Shown here in pieces: positions 18,985 to 28,409 of a stretch of 64,000 nucleotides of DNA (its first letter is position 1; the number at the start of each line of letters is the position of its first letter). The stretch is from Candidatus Amesbacteria bacterium GW2011_GWB1_47_19 (GTDB lineage Bacteria > Patescibacteriota > Microgenomatia > CAZETR01 > Amesbacteraceae). Under the pieces are notes generated by a model, which ran no database searches, was not told where the DNA came from, and saw only the letters and a program-made list of their open reading frames with translations. A program made the translations under genes and the position numbers. Where the stretch lies: positions 67,773 to 131,772 of the forward strand of contig LCNZ01000001.1 in NCBI GenBank assembly GCA_001002325.1, in the 5' to 3' direction.

Positions 18985-20482
18985 AACCGGATAATATCTG
19001 GTTTATCTCTGTTGTTAAAGAATTAACATCCAATTCACCAAGTAAGGCTTTGGAAAATGCTTCTGATAAACGGGAGTTTATTCCCGATTGACCATCGTGG
19101 GTAAATGAAGCCAGGTACCAGGATTTGGCCAGGGGGGCTTGGGAAATAAAGGGGCCGATGAACGGATCACTGACAGCCTGACCTGATAATTCCATGCGGC
19201 TGAAAGGCTCGCCGAAGTCCCGGCCGCTGCTGACAGCCTGATCGTAAAACTTATTGAGAGAATCGGATGAGCTTAAAAATTTGACCAGTTCCCAAGCCAT
19301 TTGGGTATTCGGACTTTTGGCGTTTACAGATTCTACCCAATATGCAGCCCAAGTCACGGGTTGTTCTCCCCGAGAGGGGTCTACCGGCAGTTGGGGAATA
19401 GGGTAAACGGAAAAATTGAGATTGGGGTTTAAAGTCTTGATATCAAATACCCGCCATGAGGGACCGAAATAAAAGCCAGCCTTACCCGAGGCAAATTGAG
19501 TGGTGGAATTGGGAAGAGAGGAGTCCCAGATATGGTAAAGGGAAGAAAATCCTTTAAAGTAGTCAAGAACATCCGTGGCTGCAGAGGCATTGGCGGCAGG
19601 GTTGCCGGGATTGACGTTGTTCTGATACATGAGGACCGAAAGTATGTCCTGCCAATGATCAACGTTTTCAGTGTTACCTAAGGCTGCGCCTGAGATCAGG
19701 ATCCTGCCTTCGCCGGTACATTTACCATCCTCCGAGTCACAGCGGGACATGGCCAGGGCGGCTGCACGCAGGTCATCCCAATTTTGAGGAACACTGAGAC
19801 CGGCTTGCTGAAGCAGATCGTTGTTGACGAAAAGGCCCAGGCCATCAATTTCCAGGGGGATAGCATAGTAATCGCTGCCTACGCGCAGATCGGATTTGAC
19901 CGCAGGATAAAACAAAGTTTCCATGTCCGACGCAGTGTAGATATTTTCAGGAACAGGACTCAGGCTGGATCGCAGCATAGGTATCCAAGTGTTGTGAATA
20001 CGGAAAATGTCTGGCCCACGTCCCTGACTGAGAGCTGACTGCAGACGTTCGCGGTACTCCGGGGGAGATTGCATTTGGTATTCGACTTTGACATTGGGGT
20101 GAACCGTTTGAAATTCGTCCAGGAGAGGCCTAATAACCTCCTCCGGTTCCCAAAGCCCCCAGTAAGTCAAAGTTACCGGCCCGGTACGGATGGGGAATTT
20201 AAAGAAACGGGAAACGGCAAAACCCACGCCGCCTATAATGGCCAATCCCAGGATAAGAAATAATATAAGGCGAAGCGGGAAAAACCGGCGGCGGGGAGGC
20301 GGAGGAGGAGCGGTAACGGGAGGAGCTACCGCGGCAGACGAAAAAGGAGGCGGGGGTGGAGGAGGAGGCGGGGGAAGCGGTTCCGGTGCCGCAGGCGGAG
20401 GAGGAGGTGGTGGAGGTGGTTCAGAAGCCTGAAAAACCGATCCGCCAAATGTCGGAGGTGACTGAGGAAGTGTCTGGTCCAT
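18953..20482 (-). CDS. Membrane-anchored carbohydrate ABC substrate-binding protein with Pro-rich N-terminus
   Basis: LTYWGLWE, GRGPDIF, YAIPLEIDGLGLFVN, AWELVKFL; poly-Pro then TM; start 20482 chosen from the upstream TATACT. Confidence 0.85.
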   Translation of the reverse strand: MDQTLPQSPPTFGGSVFQASEPPPPPPPPPAAPEPLPPPPPPPPPPFSSAAVAPPVTAPPPPPRRRFFPLRLILFLILGLAIIGGVGFAVSRFFKFPIRTGPVTLTYWGLWEPEEVIRPLLDEFQTVHPNVKVEYQMQSPPEYRERLQSALSQGRGPDIFRIHNTWIPMLRSSLSPVPENIYTASDMETLFYPAVKSDLRVGSDYYAIPLEIDGLGLFVNNDLLQQAGLSVPQNWDDLRAAALAMSRCDSEDGKCTGEGRILISGAALGNTENVDHWQDILSVLMYQNNVNPGNPAANASAATDVLDYFKGFSSLYHIWDSSLPNSTTQFASGKAGFYFGPSWRVFDIKTLNPNLNFSVYPIPQLPVDPSRGEQPVTWAAYWVESVNAKSPNTQMAWELVKFLSSSDSLNKFYDQAVSSGRDFGEPFSRMELSGQAVSDPFIGPFISQAPLAKSWYLASFTHDGQSGINSRLSEAFSKALLGELDVNSLTTEINQILSGYGISTALPEQ

Positions 20483-20532
20483 ATCCAAAAAGTATACAAC
20501 AAGCCGGCCGGTCTTGGATATATAATATGACG

Positions 20533-22284
20533 ATGCTAATTCGCAAAAGCAAATCGCTGGTGACATTGATCGGTTTGGCGATGGCCGGGGTGCTGATATG
20601 TGCGGCTTTATTTGAAGTTAAGTACCAGGAAAAGGCATTTCCGGGAGTGAAAGTTGCAGGGAAGGAAGTCGAAGGAATGAACAAGGCAGAAATACAGATA
20701 TTGTTAAAAACTGAGTCGGAGAAAATGTCAGGTCTGTGGCTGGGGTGGGGAATAAATAAATGGGTGGTAAGCCCCGATGAGATCGGTCTAACCTATGATG
20801 TGCAGCAAACCGCTGATATAGCGCTGAAAGTGGGAAGGGACGGAAAGCCAATCCAAAACTGGAGAATGCGACTGCAAATATTCAGACAAGGCAGGGAAAT
20901 CGGTCCGGTGGCGGTCTGGGATACCAAGAAGACGGATATTGCCATAGCAGAAATTGCCGGTCAAATTGACCTACCAGCAAGGGAACCGGAAATAATGATT
21001 GTAAGGGCAAACAATGTAGTAGTGGTGACATCCGGAGAAAACGGTTATGAAGTTGACCGGTTAGCCTTAATTAAAGATTTGGAAAGGGCGGCCGAACGGC
21101 TGGACAACAACCGGATTGACATTCCGATAGTGCAATTGCGTCCGAGATTGTCCGACGAACAAGTAGCCAGACTGACCGGAAGAGGGCAAAAATTAATCGG
21201 GAAAAACCTGATACTGACTTTGGCGGAGATAGATCAAAAGTGGGAAGTGGGGGATGAACAACTTATCACCTGGTTGGACGGAGCGTCCGACGGATGGAAG
21301 AGATACAAAGTCTCAGAGTGGGTAAAACAGCTGGCCCAGGCGATAGACAGACCGGCTGAAGACGCGACTTTTAAGTTTGTCGAACCCGGTAAGGTTGAGG
21401 AATTTAAACCGGCAAAGGAAGGGCTAAAAGTCAAACAAGAGGAGCTGACTGATGAGATTGTCCGGGCAGTAGAAAAAGTCGAGCTGGAAGGGAACAATGG
21501 ACAACTAGCTATTTTGACCGAGAAAACCTGGCCGGAAATCGGAACCGGTGAAGTGAATAATTTCGGAATTAATGAGCGAATTGGGATGGGAGAGTCTTGG
21601 TTTTCGGGCTCTATTACCAATAGAATATTTAATCTGAAAAAAGCGGCGGAAAAATTGAACGGGACATTAATTCCCCCAGAAGAGGTGTTTTCGTTTAACG
21701 AGCACGTCGGGGAAGTGTCAGCGGACACCGGTTATAAACAGGCGTATATCATCAAGGAAGGAAAAACCATATTGGGTGACGGGGGAGGGGTATGTCAGGT
21801 ATCCACCACGCTGTTTAGGGCGGTCCTGAATGCGGGATTGCCGGTGGAAGAAAGAACTGCTCATGCATACCGGGTGAGTTATTATGAAGAAAAATATCAG
21901 GTGGGCTTTGATGCGACCGTATTTCAGCCCAGTCCGGATTTTAAATTCCGTAATGATACTCCGGCGTACGTGCTGATCCAGACGGAATTTAACGAAAAAG
22001 AAAAGCATCTGGTTTTCAGATTGTACGGGACGAGTGACGGACGACTGGTGACGTTGTCTAAGTCCAGGATCTGGGAAGTGACAGCTCCTCCGCCGGACTT
22101 GTATATTGACGACCCGACTTTACCCGCCGGCACTGTGAAGCAAACCGAGCACGCCGCCAAAGGATCGAAAGTGGCTTTTGACTGGAAAGTCACCCGAGGT
22201 GAAGAAATTCTCCAGGAGAGAACTTTTTACTCCAATTACCGGCCATGGCAGGCAGTGTATTTGAGGGGAACCAAAACCAATTGA
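20533..22284 (+). CDS. VanW family protein with PG_binding_4-like repeats
   Basis: FSFNEHVG, GGGVCQVSTTLFRA, ERTAHAY, DATV, FRNDT; N-terminal TM. Confidence 0.9.
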   Translation: MLIRKSKSLVTLIGLAMAGVLICAALFEVKYQEKAFPGVKVAGKEVEGMNKAEIQILLKTESEKMSGLWLGWGINKWVVSPDEIGLTYDVQQTADIALKVGRDGKPIQNWRMRLQIFRQGREIGPVAVWDTKKTDIAIAEIAGQIDLPAREPEIMIVRANNVVVVTSGENGYEVDRLALIKDLERAAERLDNNRIDIPIVQLRPRLSDEQVARLTGRGQKLIGKNLILTLAEIDQKWEVGDEQLITWLDGASDGWKRYKVSEWVKQLAQAIDRPAEDATFKFVEPGKVEEFKPAKEGLKVKQEELTDEIVRAVEKVELEGNNGQLAILTEKTWPEIGTGEVNNFGINERIGMGESWFSGSITNRIFNLKKAAEKLNGTLIPPEEVFSFNEHVGEVSADTGYKQAYIIKEGKTILGDGGGVCQVSTTLFRAVLNAGLPVEERTAHAYRVSYYEEKYQVGFDATVFQPSPDFKFRNDTPAYVLIQTEFNEKEKHLVFRLYGTSDGRLVTLSKSRIWEVTAPPPDLYIDDPTLPAGTVKQTEHAAKGSKVAFDWKVTRGEEILQERTFYSNYRPWQAVYLRGTKTN

Positions 22285-22285
22285 C

Positions 22286-22675
22286 CTAATAGGCGGCGCC
22301 TTCGAAATCCGGGCAGTTGGTTTGGGCCCACTGGAGAAACTCCTGTGTGCACTGCGGATTTTTTGCTCCCGGCCCAGGCATACAGTTTATCCAAGAAGTA
22401 GCAGGACAAACCCGGGTGTTTTTGCGGGGAAACCAGGGCAATTTAATTTTGGGCTTGTTGACCACACTGACACACCTGCCTGAAGCGTCAGGATAATCAC
22501 CTTCCATTTGGCATGTATAGCCAAGCGGACACTGGATATTGGCAATACCTCCGCACATGACAGGGGTTTTGCCGGTATCAGAAGGCAGCAAGTCCGTGAC
22601 ACGGGGTAACAGTAAAAATGCGAAGAACAGCAAAAACAGGGAGACGATGATGATCAGGGGGTAACGGGACTGCAT
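22286..22675 (-). CDS. Small membrane-anchored Cys-rich surface protein
   Basis: N-terminal TM, CGGIANIQCPLGYTC...DASGRC and CP..WINCMP..C..NCP modules. Confidence 0.7.
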   Translation of the reverse strand: MQSRYPLIIIVSLFLLFFAFLLLPRVTDLLPSDTGKTPVMCGGIANIQCPLGYTCQMEGDYPDASGRCVSVVNKPKIKLPWFPRKNTRVCPATSWINCMPGPGAKNPQCTQEFLQWAQTNCPDFEGAAY

Positions 22676-22702
22676 CGGGCTTAGTTTTGTTATATCATAC
22701 GC

Positions 22703-23839
22703 ATGATGAAAACACTAAAAGCTAACGACTCCGAGATCGTCGAAACCGCCGTAAAGGTACTAAAAAACGGGGGTTTAGTGATTTTTCCGACGGAAACGAT
22801 GTACGGAATCGGGGCAGATGCAACGAATGAAAAGGCTATAAACAAATTAAATAATTACAAAAAAAGACCTTTGGGGAAGCCTTATTCGATAGCAGTTACC
22901 GGTCAGGCTATGTCTGAGGAATATGCACAACTGAATAAAACAGCCAGGCAACTGTATAAGAGTTTTTTACCGGGACCGGTCACGATAATTTCAAAAATCA
23001 AAATTCAAGATTCAAATCAAATTCAAAAATCAAAATTCAAATTAGCTTCAGGTATCGGGAGTGAGTTGGGAACGATAGGAATTAGAATCCCGGATTATCC
23101 GCTGGTTTTGGATATTATTGAAAAATTAGGCAGGCCAATTACGGCGACTTCGGCAAATGCGAGTTACAAGAAAAGACCGTACAAAATATCAGATATTTTC
23201 GACAATATTTCGGATAAGCAAAAATCGTTGATCGACCTGGTGATAGATGCCGGAGAACTACCGCATAACGAACCATCGACGGTAATCGACACGACACTAG
23301 ATGACCCTGTCGTCCTTCGCCAAGGAGAAGTAGTTATTGGTTCATCGCCTAAAGTTATAAGCAGGTCGGAGGAGGATACCAAGAATACAGCAAAGGAGCT
23401 GTGGCAAAGTTATGAAAAACATGCGGGGCAGAGGGCGATTGTGTTTGCGCTGGAAGGACCGATGGGGGCAGGGAAGACAGTATTTACCAAGGGGCTTGCT
23501 AAAGCTATGGGGATTGGGGATGAAATACTATCCCCAACTTACAATCTACATCACAATTACCAATTTTTAATTTACAATTTACAAACAAATTCCAATAATC
23601 AAATTCCAAATATCAAAACATTAAGTCATATTGATGCGTGGAGGATGAGCGGACCGAAGGAGCTGGAAGCGCTGGGGATGAGGGGGTTGATTCATGACAA
23701 ATCCGTGCTGGCGATAGAATGGGCGGAAAGAGTGGGTGATACGATACGCAATTATAATGAGGAGGCGATAATTATTTGGGTAAAAATAAAATACGGAAAA
23801 AAAGAAAAAGAGAGGGAAATTAGTTGGGGAGCTATTTAA
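22703..23839 (+). CDS. tsaC: TsaC (Sua5/YrdC)-TsaE fusion, t6A biosynthesis
   Basis: FPTETMYGIG, KKRP, PGPVT, IRIP, ATSANAS; C-terminal GPMGAGKT, SPTY, HIDAWR, IEWAE. Confidence 0.9.
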   Translation: MMKTLKANDSEIVETAVKVLKNGGLVIFPTETMYGIGADATNEKAINKLNNYKKRPLGKPYSIAVTGQAMSEEYAQLNKTARQLYKSFLPGPVTIISKIKIQDSNQIQKSKFKLASGIGSELGTIGIRIPDYPLVLDIIEKLGRPITATSANASYKKRPYKISDIFDNISDKQKSLIDLVIDAGELPHNEPSTVIDTTLDDPVVLRQGEVVIGSSPKVISRSEEDTKNTAKELWQSYEKHAGQRAIVFALEGPMGAGKTVFTKGLAKAMGIGDEILSPTYNLHHNYQFLIYNLQTNSNNQIPNIKTLSHIDAWRMSGPKELEALGMRGLIHDKSVLAIEWAERVGDTIRNYNEEAIIIWVKIKYGKKEKEREISWGAI

Positions 23840-23870
23840 TTTACAATTTACAATTTACAATCAAATTTCA

Positions 23871-25049
23871 ATGAGCAAATCAAAAATTCCAAACATTTTA
23901 GCAATTGATACATCGCGCGACCCCACTACACCTACGGCTTCGTTAGGGGCAAGTGAGACGGCTCCACTAATTTTAGCTATAGACACTTCTTGTGATGAGA
24001 CTGCAGTTGCTGTAACTCAAGGTGCGACTATATTGTCGAATGTCATCTGGAGCCAGGCGAGTGAACATGCAAAGTTCGGAGGAGTAATGCCCAGTTTAGC
24101 ACAAAGAATGCATGAGGAAAGAATTGATTGGGTGGTTAAGAAGGCGATTCAAGATTCAAGATACAAGATACAAGATATTGAGGCGGTGGCGGTAACGGCG
24201 GGACCGGGACTGGCGATTGCGCTGGAAGTAGGAATCAGAAAAGCCAAGGAAATGGCAAAAGAATTAAAAATACCGTTAATACCAGTGAATCATGTTGAAG
24301 GACATCTTCTGAGCCCATTAGCTTTTCCCCGTACCACCCCCCACCCCCCTCCTATTTTAGGAGGGGGAATTAAAGAGGGTGGTATTTCATTTCCGGCTTT
24401 CGGATTGGTAGTTTCGGGCGGGCATACGGAATTGATTTTGATTAAAAAAATCGGGAAATATGAAATTTTAGCGCAAACAACGGATGATGCTTTGGGAGAA
24501 GCGTTGGATAAAGCAGCGAGAATGCTGGGATTGGGATATCCGGGTGGGGCAATCTTAGAAAAAATGGCCCGATCCGGCAAACCGAAATCCTATTCCCTTC
24601 CCCTGCCGATGGCCCGCCATCAGGACAAAAGCGCCTTCTCTTATTCAGGACTAAAAACGGCATTCTACCGCCTGATAAGTGCTCAGGGTCCAGTGCTCAG
24701 TGCTCAACAAGTCTATGATCTGGCGGCGAGTTTTCAGGACCGGGCGTTTGAGCATCTGGTCAGAGTTTGCAGTCGGACGATTCACGATTCACAATTTACG
24801 ATTCACGATTTACTGCTGGGGGGTGGGGTGGGGGCAAATACGGAATTGAGAAAAAGACTGCGAAAAATGTGCAGGGAGTTGGGATTAAATTTGCGAGTCC
24901 CCTACTCTGCAAAACTTTACGGTGATAATGCGGGGATGATTGGGGTCGCGGCAGGATTTAAGATCCTAGGTGCTAGATATCAGATGCCAGATCTGAAAAA
25001 GATTGACCGGGTACCGAGGTGGAAAATAAATGAAATTTATGATTTATGA
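23871..25049 (+). CDS. tsaD: tRNA N6-threonylcarbamoyltransferase TsaD with several in-frame repeat insertions
   Basis: LAIDTSCDET, GPGL, NHVEGH, VSGGHT, DDALGEALDK, FSYSGLKTA, DNAGMI. Confidence 0.95.
   Translation: MSKSKIPNILAIDTSRDPTTPTASLGASETAPLILAIDTSCDETAVAVTQGATILSNVIWSQASEHAKFGGVMPSLAQRMHEERIDWVVKKAIQDSRYKIQDIEAVAVTAGPGLAIALEVGIRKAKEMAKELKIPLIPVNHVEGHLLSPLAFPRTTPHPPPILGGGIKEGGISFPAFGLVVSGGHTELILIKKIGKYEILAQTTDDALGEALDKAARMLGLGYPGGAILEKMARSGKPKSYSLPLPMARHQDKSAFSYSGLKTAFYRLISAQGPVLSAQQVYDLAASFQDRAFEHLVRVCSRTIHDSQFTIHDLLLGGGVGANTELRKRLRKMCRELGLNLRVPYSAKLYGDNAGMIGVAAGFKILGARYQMPDLKKIDRVPRWKINEIYDL
24332..24384 (+). repeat. Palindromic GC-rich mini-element read in frame in tsaD
   Basis: Outer TACCACCC/GGGTGGTA and inner CCCCCTCCTA-TTT-TAGGAGGGGG; encodes TTPHPPPILGGGIKEGG. 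Confidence 0.8.
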
Positions 25050-25082
25050 TTCATGATTCAAGAATTGGGGTAAAATACGGGC

Positions 25083-27317
25083 ATGGATAAAGCATATGAT
25101 CATAAGAAGCATGAGAGGGAGATTTATAAGAAATGGGAGGGAAGTGGGGCCTTTAAACCCGGAAAGGAAGGGAAACAATTTACCGTATTGATGCCACCAC
25201 CAAATGCTAACGCATCACTCCATGCCGGACATGCTATGTATACCATTGACGACATTGTGGTTCGTTGGAAACGTATGCAGGGTTTTTCCACTGTGTGGAT
25301 ACCGGGTACGGATCATGCAGGATTTGAAACTCAATATGTATATGAAAAAGAACTGGCTAAACAAGGCAAATCCAGAATGGATTTTGACAGAAAAACACTT
25401 TACGAAAATATTTATAAATTCGTAAAAGATAATTCAGGATTAATTTATAAACAATTTAAGCAGTTAGGCTTTTCGGCAGATTGGGAAAGAAGTGTCTTTA
25501 CCCTTGATGAAAAAGTTTTAAACCGGGTTTGGAAAACCTTTATGCAGATGGAAAAAGAAGGCAAAGTTTACCGGGATGAATATATCGTGAATTACTGCAC
25601 TCATTGCGGAACAAGTTTAGCCGAACTGGAAGTGGTACATGAAGAGCGCACTGATCCACTGTACTATATAAAATATGGTCCATTTGAGCTGGCTACGGTC
25701 CGGCCGGAAACTAAATTCGGAGATACGGGGGTGGCGGTACATCCGAAAGACAAGCGGTATACAAAATTTGTAGGCCAGGAAATTGAAGTTGAAGGGTTAC
25801 TGGGAAAATTTAAGGTAAGGGTGATTGCGGACGAAATGGTAGACCCGGATTTCGGGACGGGGGTAGTTAAAGTTACCCCGGCACACGATCCCAACGATTT
25901 TGAAATGGGTAAAAGGCACGGGCTGTCTGTTAAACAAGTTATTGGAATAGACGGAAGGCTGAATGAGTTAACCGGAAGATTTCAAGGCTTAAAAGTGGCA
26001 GAGGCCAAAAAACAAGTAGTAGAAGAACTACAGAAAGCGGGATTGATGATAGAAATAGACGAAAACTACAAACATTCCGTGGCTTTATGCTACAAATGCC
26101 GACGGGTACTGGAGCCGATGGTGATGCCAAATTGGTTTATCAGGGTAGATGAACTGAAAAAGCCTGTCATAAAAGTAGTTGAAAACGAGGAAGTAAAGTT
26201 TTTTCCAAAGAGGTTTAAAAAGCAGATGCTGCAATGGTTGAAGATAATGCATGATTGGCCAATTAGCAGGCAAATAGCATGGGGGGTAAAGATTCCGGTA
26301 TGGTACGAAATAGAACCAGAAAACGATAATATTTATGTTTGGTGGCTGGATAAAAACAGTCAGTTACAACAAGGAGTGGCCAGTGAAATATTAAAAAGAG
26401 GCACTCCCCTATCTGAAATCGAGGAGGGATTGCAGCGAGTAAAGGCTAAGACCGGGGAGGCGGCTCCTAAATATAAAGTAGCTTTGGACAAGCCAGGCGA
26501 AAATTACTTACCAGAAACTGACACATTCGATACCTGGTTTTCTTCCGGGCAGTGGCCGCTAGTTACTTTAAGTGAAGAAGAATATGCTGCCCGTTTACCA
26601 ACGGATTTTATGGGCACACTGGAAGACATTCTCAAATTCTGGATATCCAGGATGATCATGTTTTCGTTGTATTTGCAGAAGGTAATTCCCTATCGGGATG
26701 TATATCTGTGGTCGATGGTAGCTGATGCCAAAGGAGTTAAAATGAGTAAAAGTAAAGGTAATGTAGTAAATCCAATCGAATTGGTAGATAAATTCGGGGC
26801 TGACGCGCTCAGAATGGCAATGATTTTTGGAGTAGCTCCAGGGAGCAAGATTCCACTGTCTGACGAAAAAGTTAAAGGGATGCGCAATTTCGCAAACAAA
26901 ATATGGAATATGGGGAGGTTTATAGAATTGATGTTCGAAGCTTACGGAAAAGAAGTAGAATTCTATAAAGAGGAGTTATTCAGACCGCGACTAGCTCTTG
27001 AAGACATGGAAATCATCAAAAAGCTAACGAAGACTGTTGATGTCGTAAATCGGGGGTTGGAAAAATACAGATTTGCAGATGCAGCAGAGGCGATTTATGA
27101 ATTTTTATGGCATCAACTGGCGGATGTCTATATCGAAAAAGTGAAGAAAAGAGAAGACAAAGAAGTTGCTTTGTCTGTGGTAAGACATGTTTACCTGACA
27201 GCGTTAAAATTATTGCACCCGTTTATGCCGTTTGTGACGGAAGCCGTTTGGAGTGAAATTAAGGATTTAAGAAAATATCCTGACCAAATGCTAATAACGA
27301 GTCGCTGGCCAGTTTAA
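25083..27317 (+). CDS. valS: Valine--tRNA ligase (short form lacking the C-terminal coiled-coil arm)
   Basis: PPPNAN..LHAGH, GTGVVKVTPAHD, ISRQIAWG, DTWFSS, KMSKS. Confidence 0.96.
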   Translation: MDKAYDHKKHEREIYKKWEGSGAFKPGKEGKQFTVLMPPPNANASLHAGHAMYTIDDIVVRWKRMQGFSTVWIPGTDHAGFETQYVYEKELAKQGKSRMDFDRKTLYENIYKFVKDNSGLIYKQFKQLGFSADWERSVFTLDEKVLNRVWKTFMQMEKEGKVYRDEYIVNYCTHCGTSLAELEVVHEERTDPLYYIKYGPFELATVRPETKFGDTGVAVHPKDKRYTKFVGQEIEVEGLLGKFKVRVIADEMVDPDFGTGVVKVTPAHDPNDFEMGKRHGLSVKQVIGIDGRLNELTGRFQGLKVAEAKKQVVEELQKAGLMIEIDENYKHSVALCYKCRRVLEPMVMPNWFIRVDELKKPVIKVVENEEVKFFPKRFKKQMLQWLKIMHDWPISRQIAWGVKIPVWYEIEPENDNIYVWWLDKNSQLQQGVASEILKRGTPLSEIEEGLQRVKAKTGEAAPKYKVALDKPGENYLPETDTFDTWFSSGQWPLVTLSEEEYAARLPTDFMGTLEDILKFWISRMIMFSLYLQKVIPYRDVYLWSMVADAKGVKMSKSKGNVVNPIELVDKFGADALRMAMIFGVAPGSKIPLSDEKVKGMRNFANKIWNMGRFIELMFEAYGKEVEFYKEELFRPRLALEDMEIIKKLTKTVDVVNRGLEKYRFADAAEAIYEFLWHQLADVYIEKVKKREDKEVALSVVRHVYLTALKLLHPFMPFVTEAVWSEIKDLRKYPDQMLITSRWPV

Positions 27318-27688
27318 GATTTGGCGATGACGGGGGAAGATTTGGTTTTGAGGTCGACTTCGATGGGTCTGAGAAGCAGGACGCCAAGCGAGGCAATTCT
27401 GTAACCACCACCGGCAACAAAACCCATGAGCAACAGATGTAGTGTCAGGTTGGAAATGTCGTTTAAAGCCGACGCGGAAATTAGTTCAACCGGAGGATTT
27501 TCCGTACCGGTGTTGGGAAGAACCTGGGGACCCAGTAGCTGATTTAAGTTTAAGGTGATACCAGTTTGATTAAATACCCGGGCAGGTTTAGTTTTGGCAG
27601 TAAATACCAAATAGACACTGAGAACGGCTGCGAGGATAAGCAATAAACCAAGCGAGAGCAAACTGTAACCTATGATTTTTTCCGACAC
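27314..27688 (-). CDS. Hypothetical membrane protein
   Basis: Two TM helices; downstream of rplY. Confidence 0.7.
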   Translation of the reverse strand: MSEKIIGYSLLSLGLLLILAAVLSVYLVFTAKTKPARVFNQTGITLNLNQLLGPQVLPNTGTENPPVELISASALNDISNLTLHLLLMGFVAGGGYRIASLGVLLLRPIEVDLKTKSSPVIAKS

Positions 27689-27700
27689 ACAGCCAGTATA

Positions 27701-28402
27701 CTACTGGGCAGGTTTCTCTTCAGCAGTCGGAGCCGGGGCGGCTTCACCCTCCTTCGCTTCCGTTTCGGCGGGCAATCCCTCGGCCGGGGCGGCTTCACCT
27801 TCGGGAGTCTCGACAAGTACCGGAGCTTCTTCTTTCTCCTCTGCGGCAAGGGGCTCTATTTTGACAATAATAGTTTCAGGGTCGGTGATAACTTTATATT
27901 TAGGTGAGGATTTGATATCCGAAATTGAGAGAGATGAACCGACCTCGGTGAGTGAGGAAACGTCCAGAGTAATGTTTTCCGGCATGTCTGTCGGGAGAGC
28001 CTCTACCTCTACATCGTTTGTCTGCTGAACCAGGATACCCAGTTTTTCTTTTTCCGCCGGAGCATCGCCTTCCAGAAGAACGCGAACCGGTGCAGTAACT
28101 TTTTCTTTAAGATCCACCTGATGGAAAACTACATGTAAAATCCGGCCGGTAACCGGATGTACTACCGCATCGCGCACAAACACCGGCCTGTCCAATTTTT
28201 CACCTTTGACGGTGAGATAAACCAAAGTGGACTCCCCTGCTTCTTTGTAAACAGTGTGGAAATCTTTGGTGTTGATCTGAATACTGACTGAGGATATATT
28301 TTTGCCGAAGATATTTGCGGGAATGAGACCAGAAGTACGCAACTGTTTAACTTTGCGGCCTAAAACTTCGCGCTTTTCGGCTGATAATGTGTGTTTGGTC
28401 AT
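27701..28402 (-). CDS. rplY: 50S ribosomal protein L25/Ctc
   Basis: LRTSGLIPANIFG, HPVTGRILHVVF, EVEALP, acidic tail. Confidence 0.95.
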   Translation of the reverse strand: MTKHTLSAEKREVLGRKVKQLRTSGLIPANIFGKNISSVSIQINTKDFHTVYKEAGESTLVYLTVKGEKLDRPVFVRDAVVHPVTGRILHVVFHQVDLKEKVTAPVRVLLEGDAPAEKEKLGILVQQTNDVEVEALPTDMPENITLDVSSLTEVGSSLSISDIKSSPKYKVITDPETIIVKIEPLAAEEKEEAPVLVETPEGEAAPAEGLPAETEAKEGEAAPAPTAEEKPAQ

Positions 28403-28409
28403 ATGGGGA

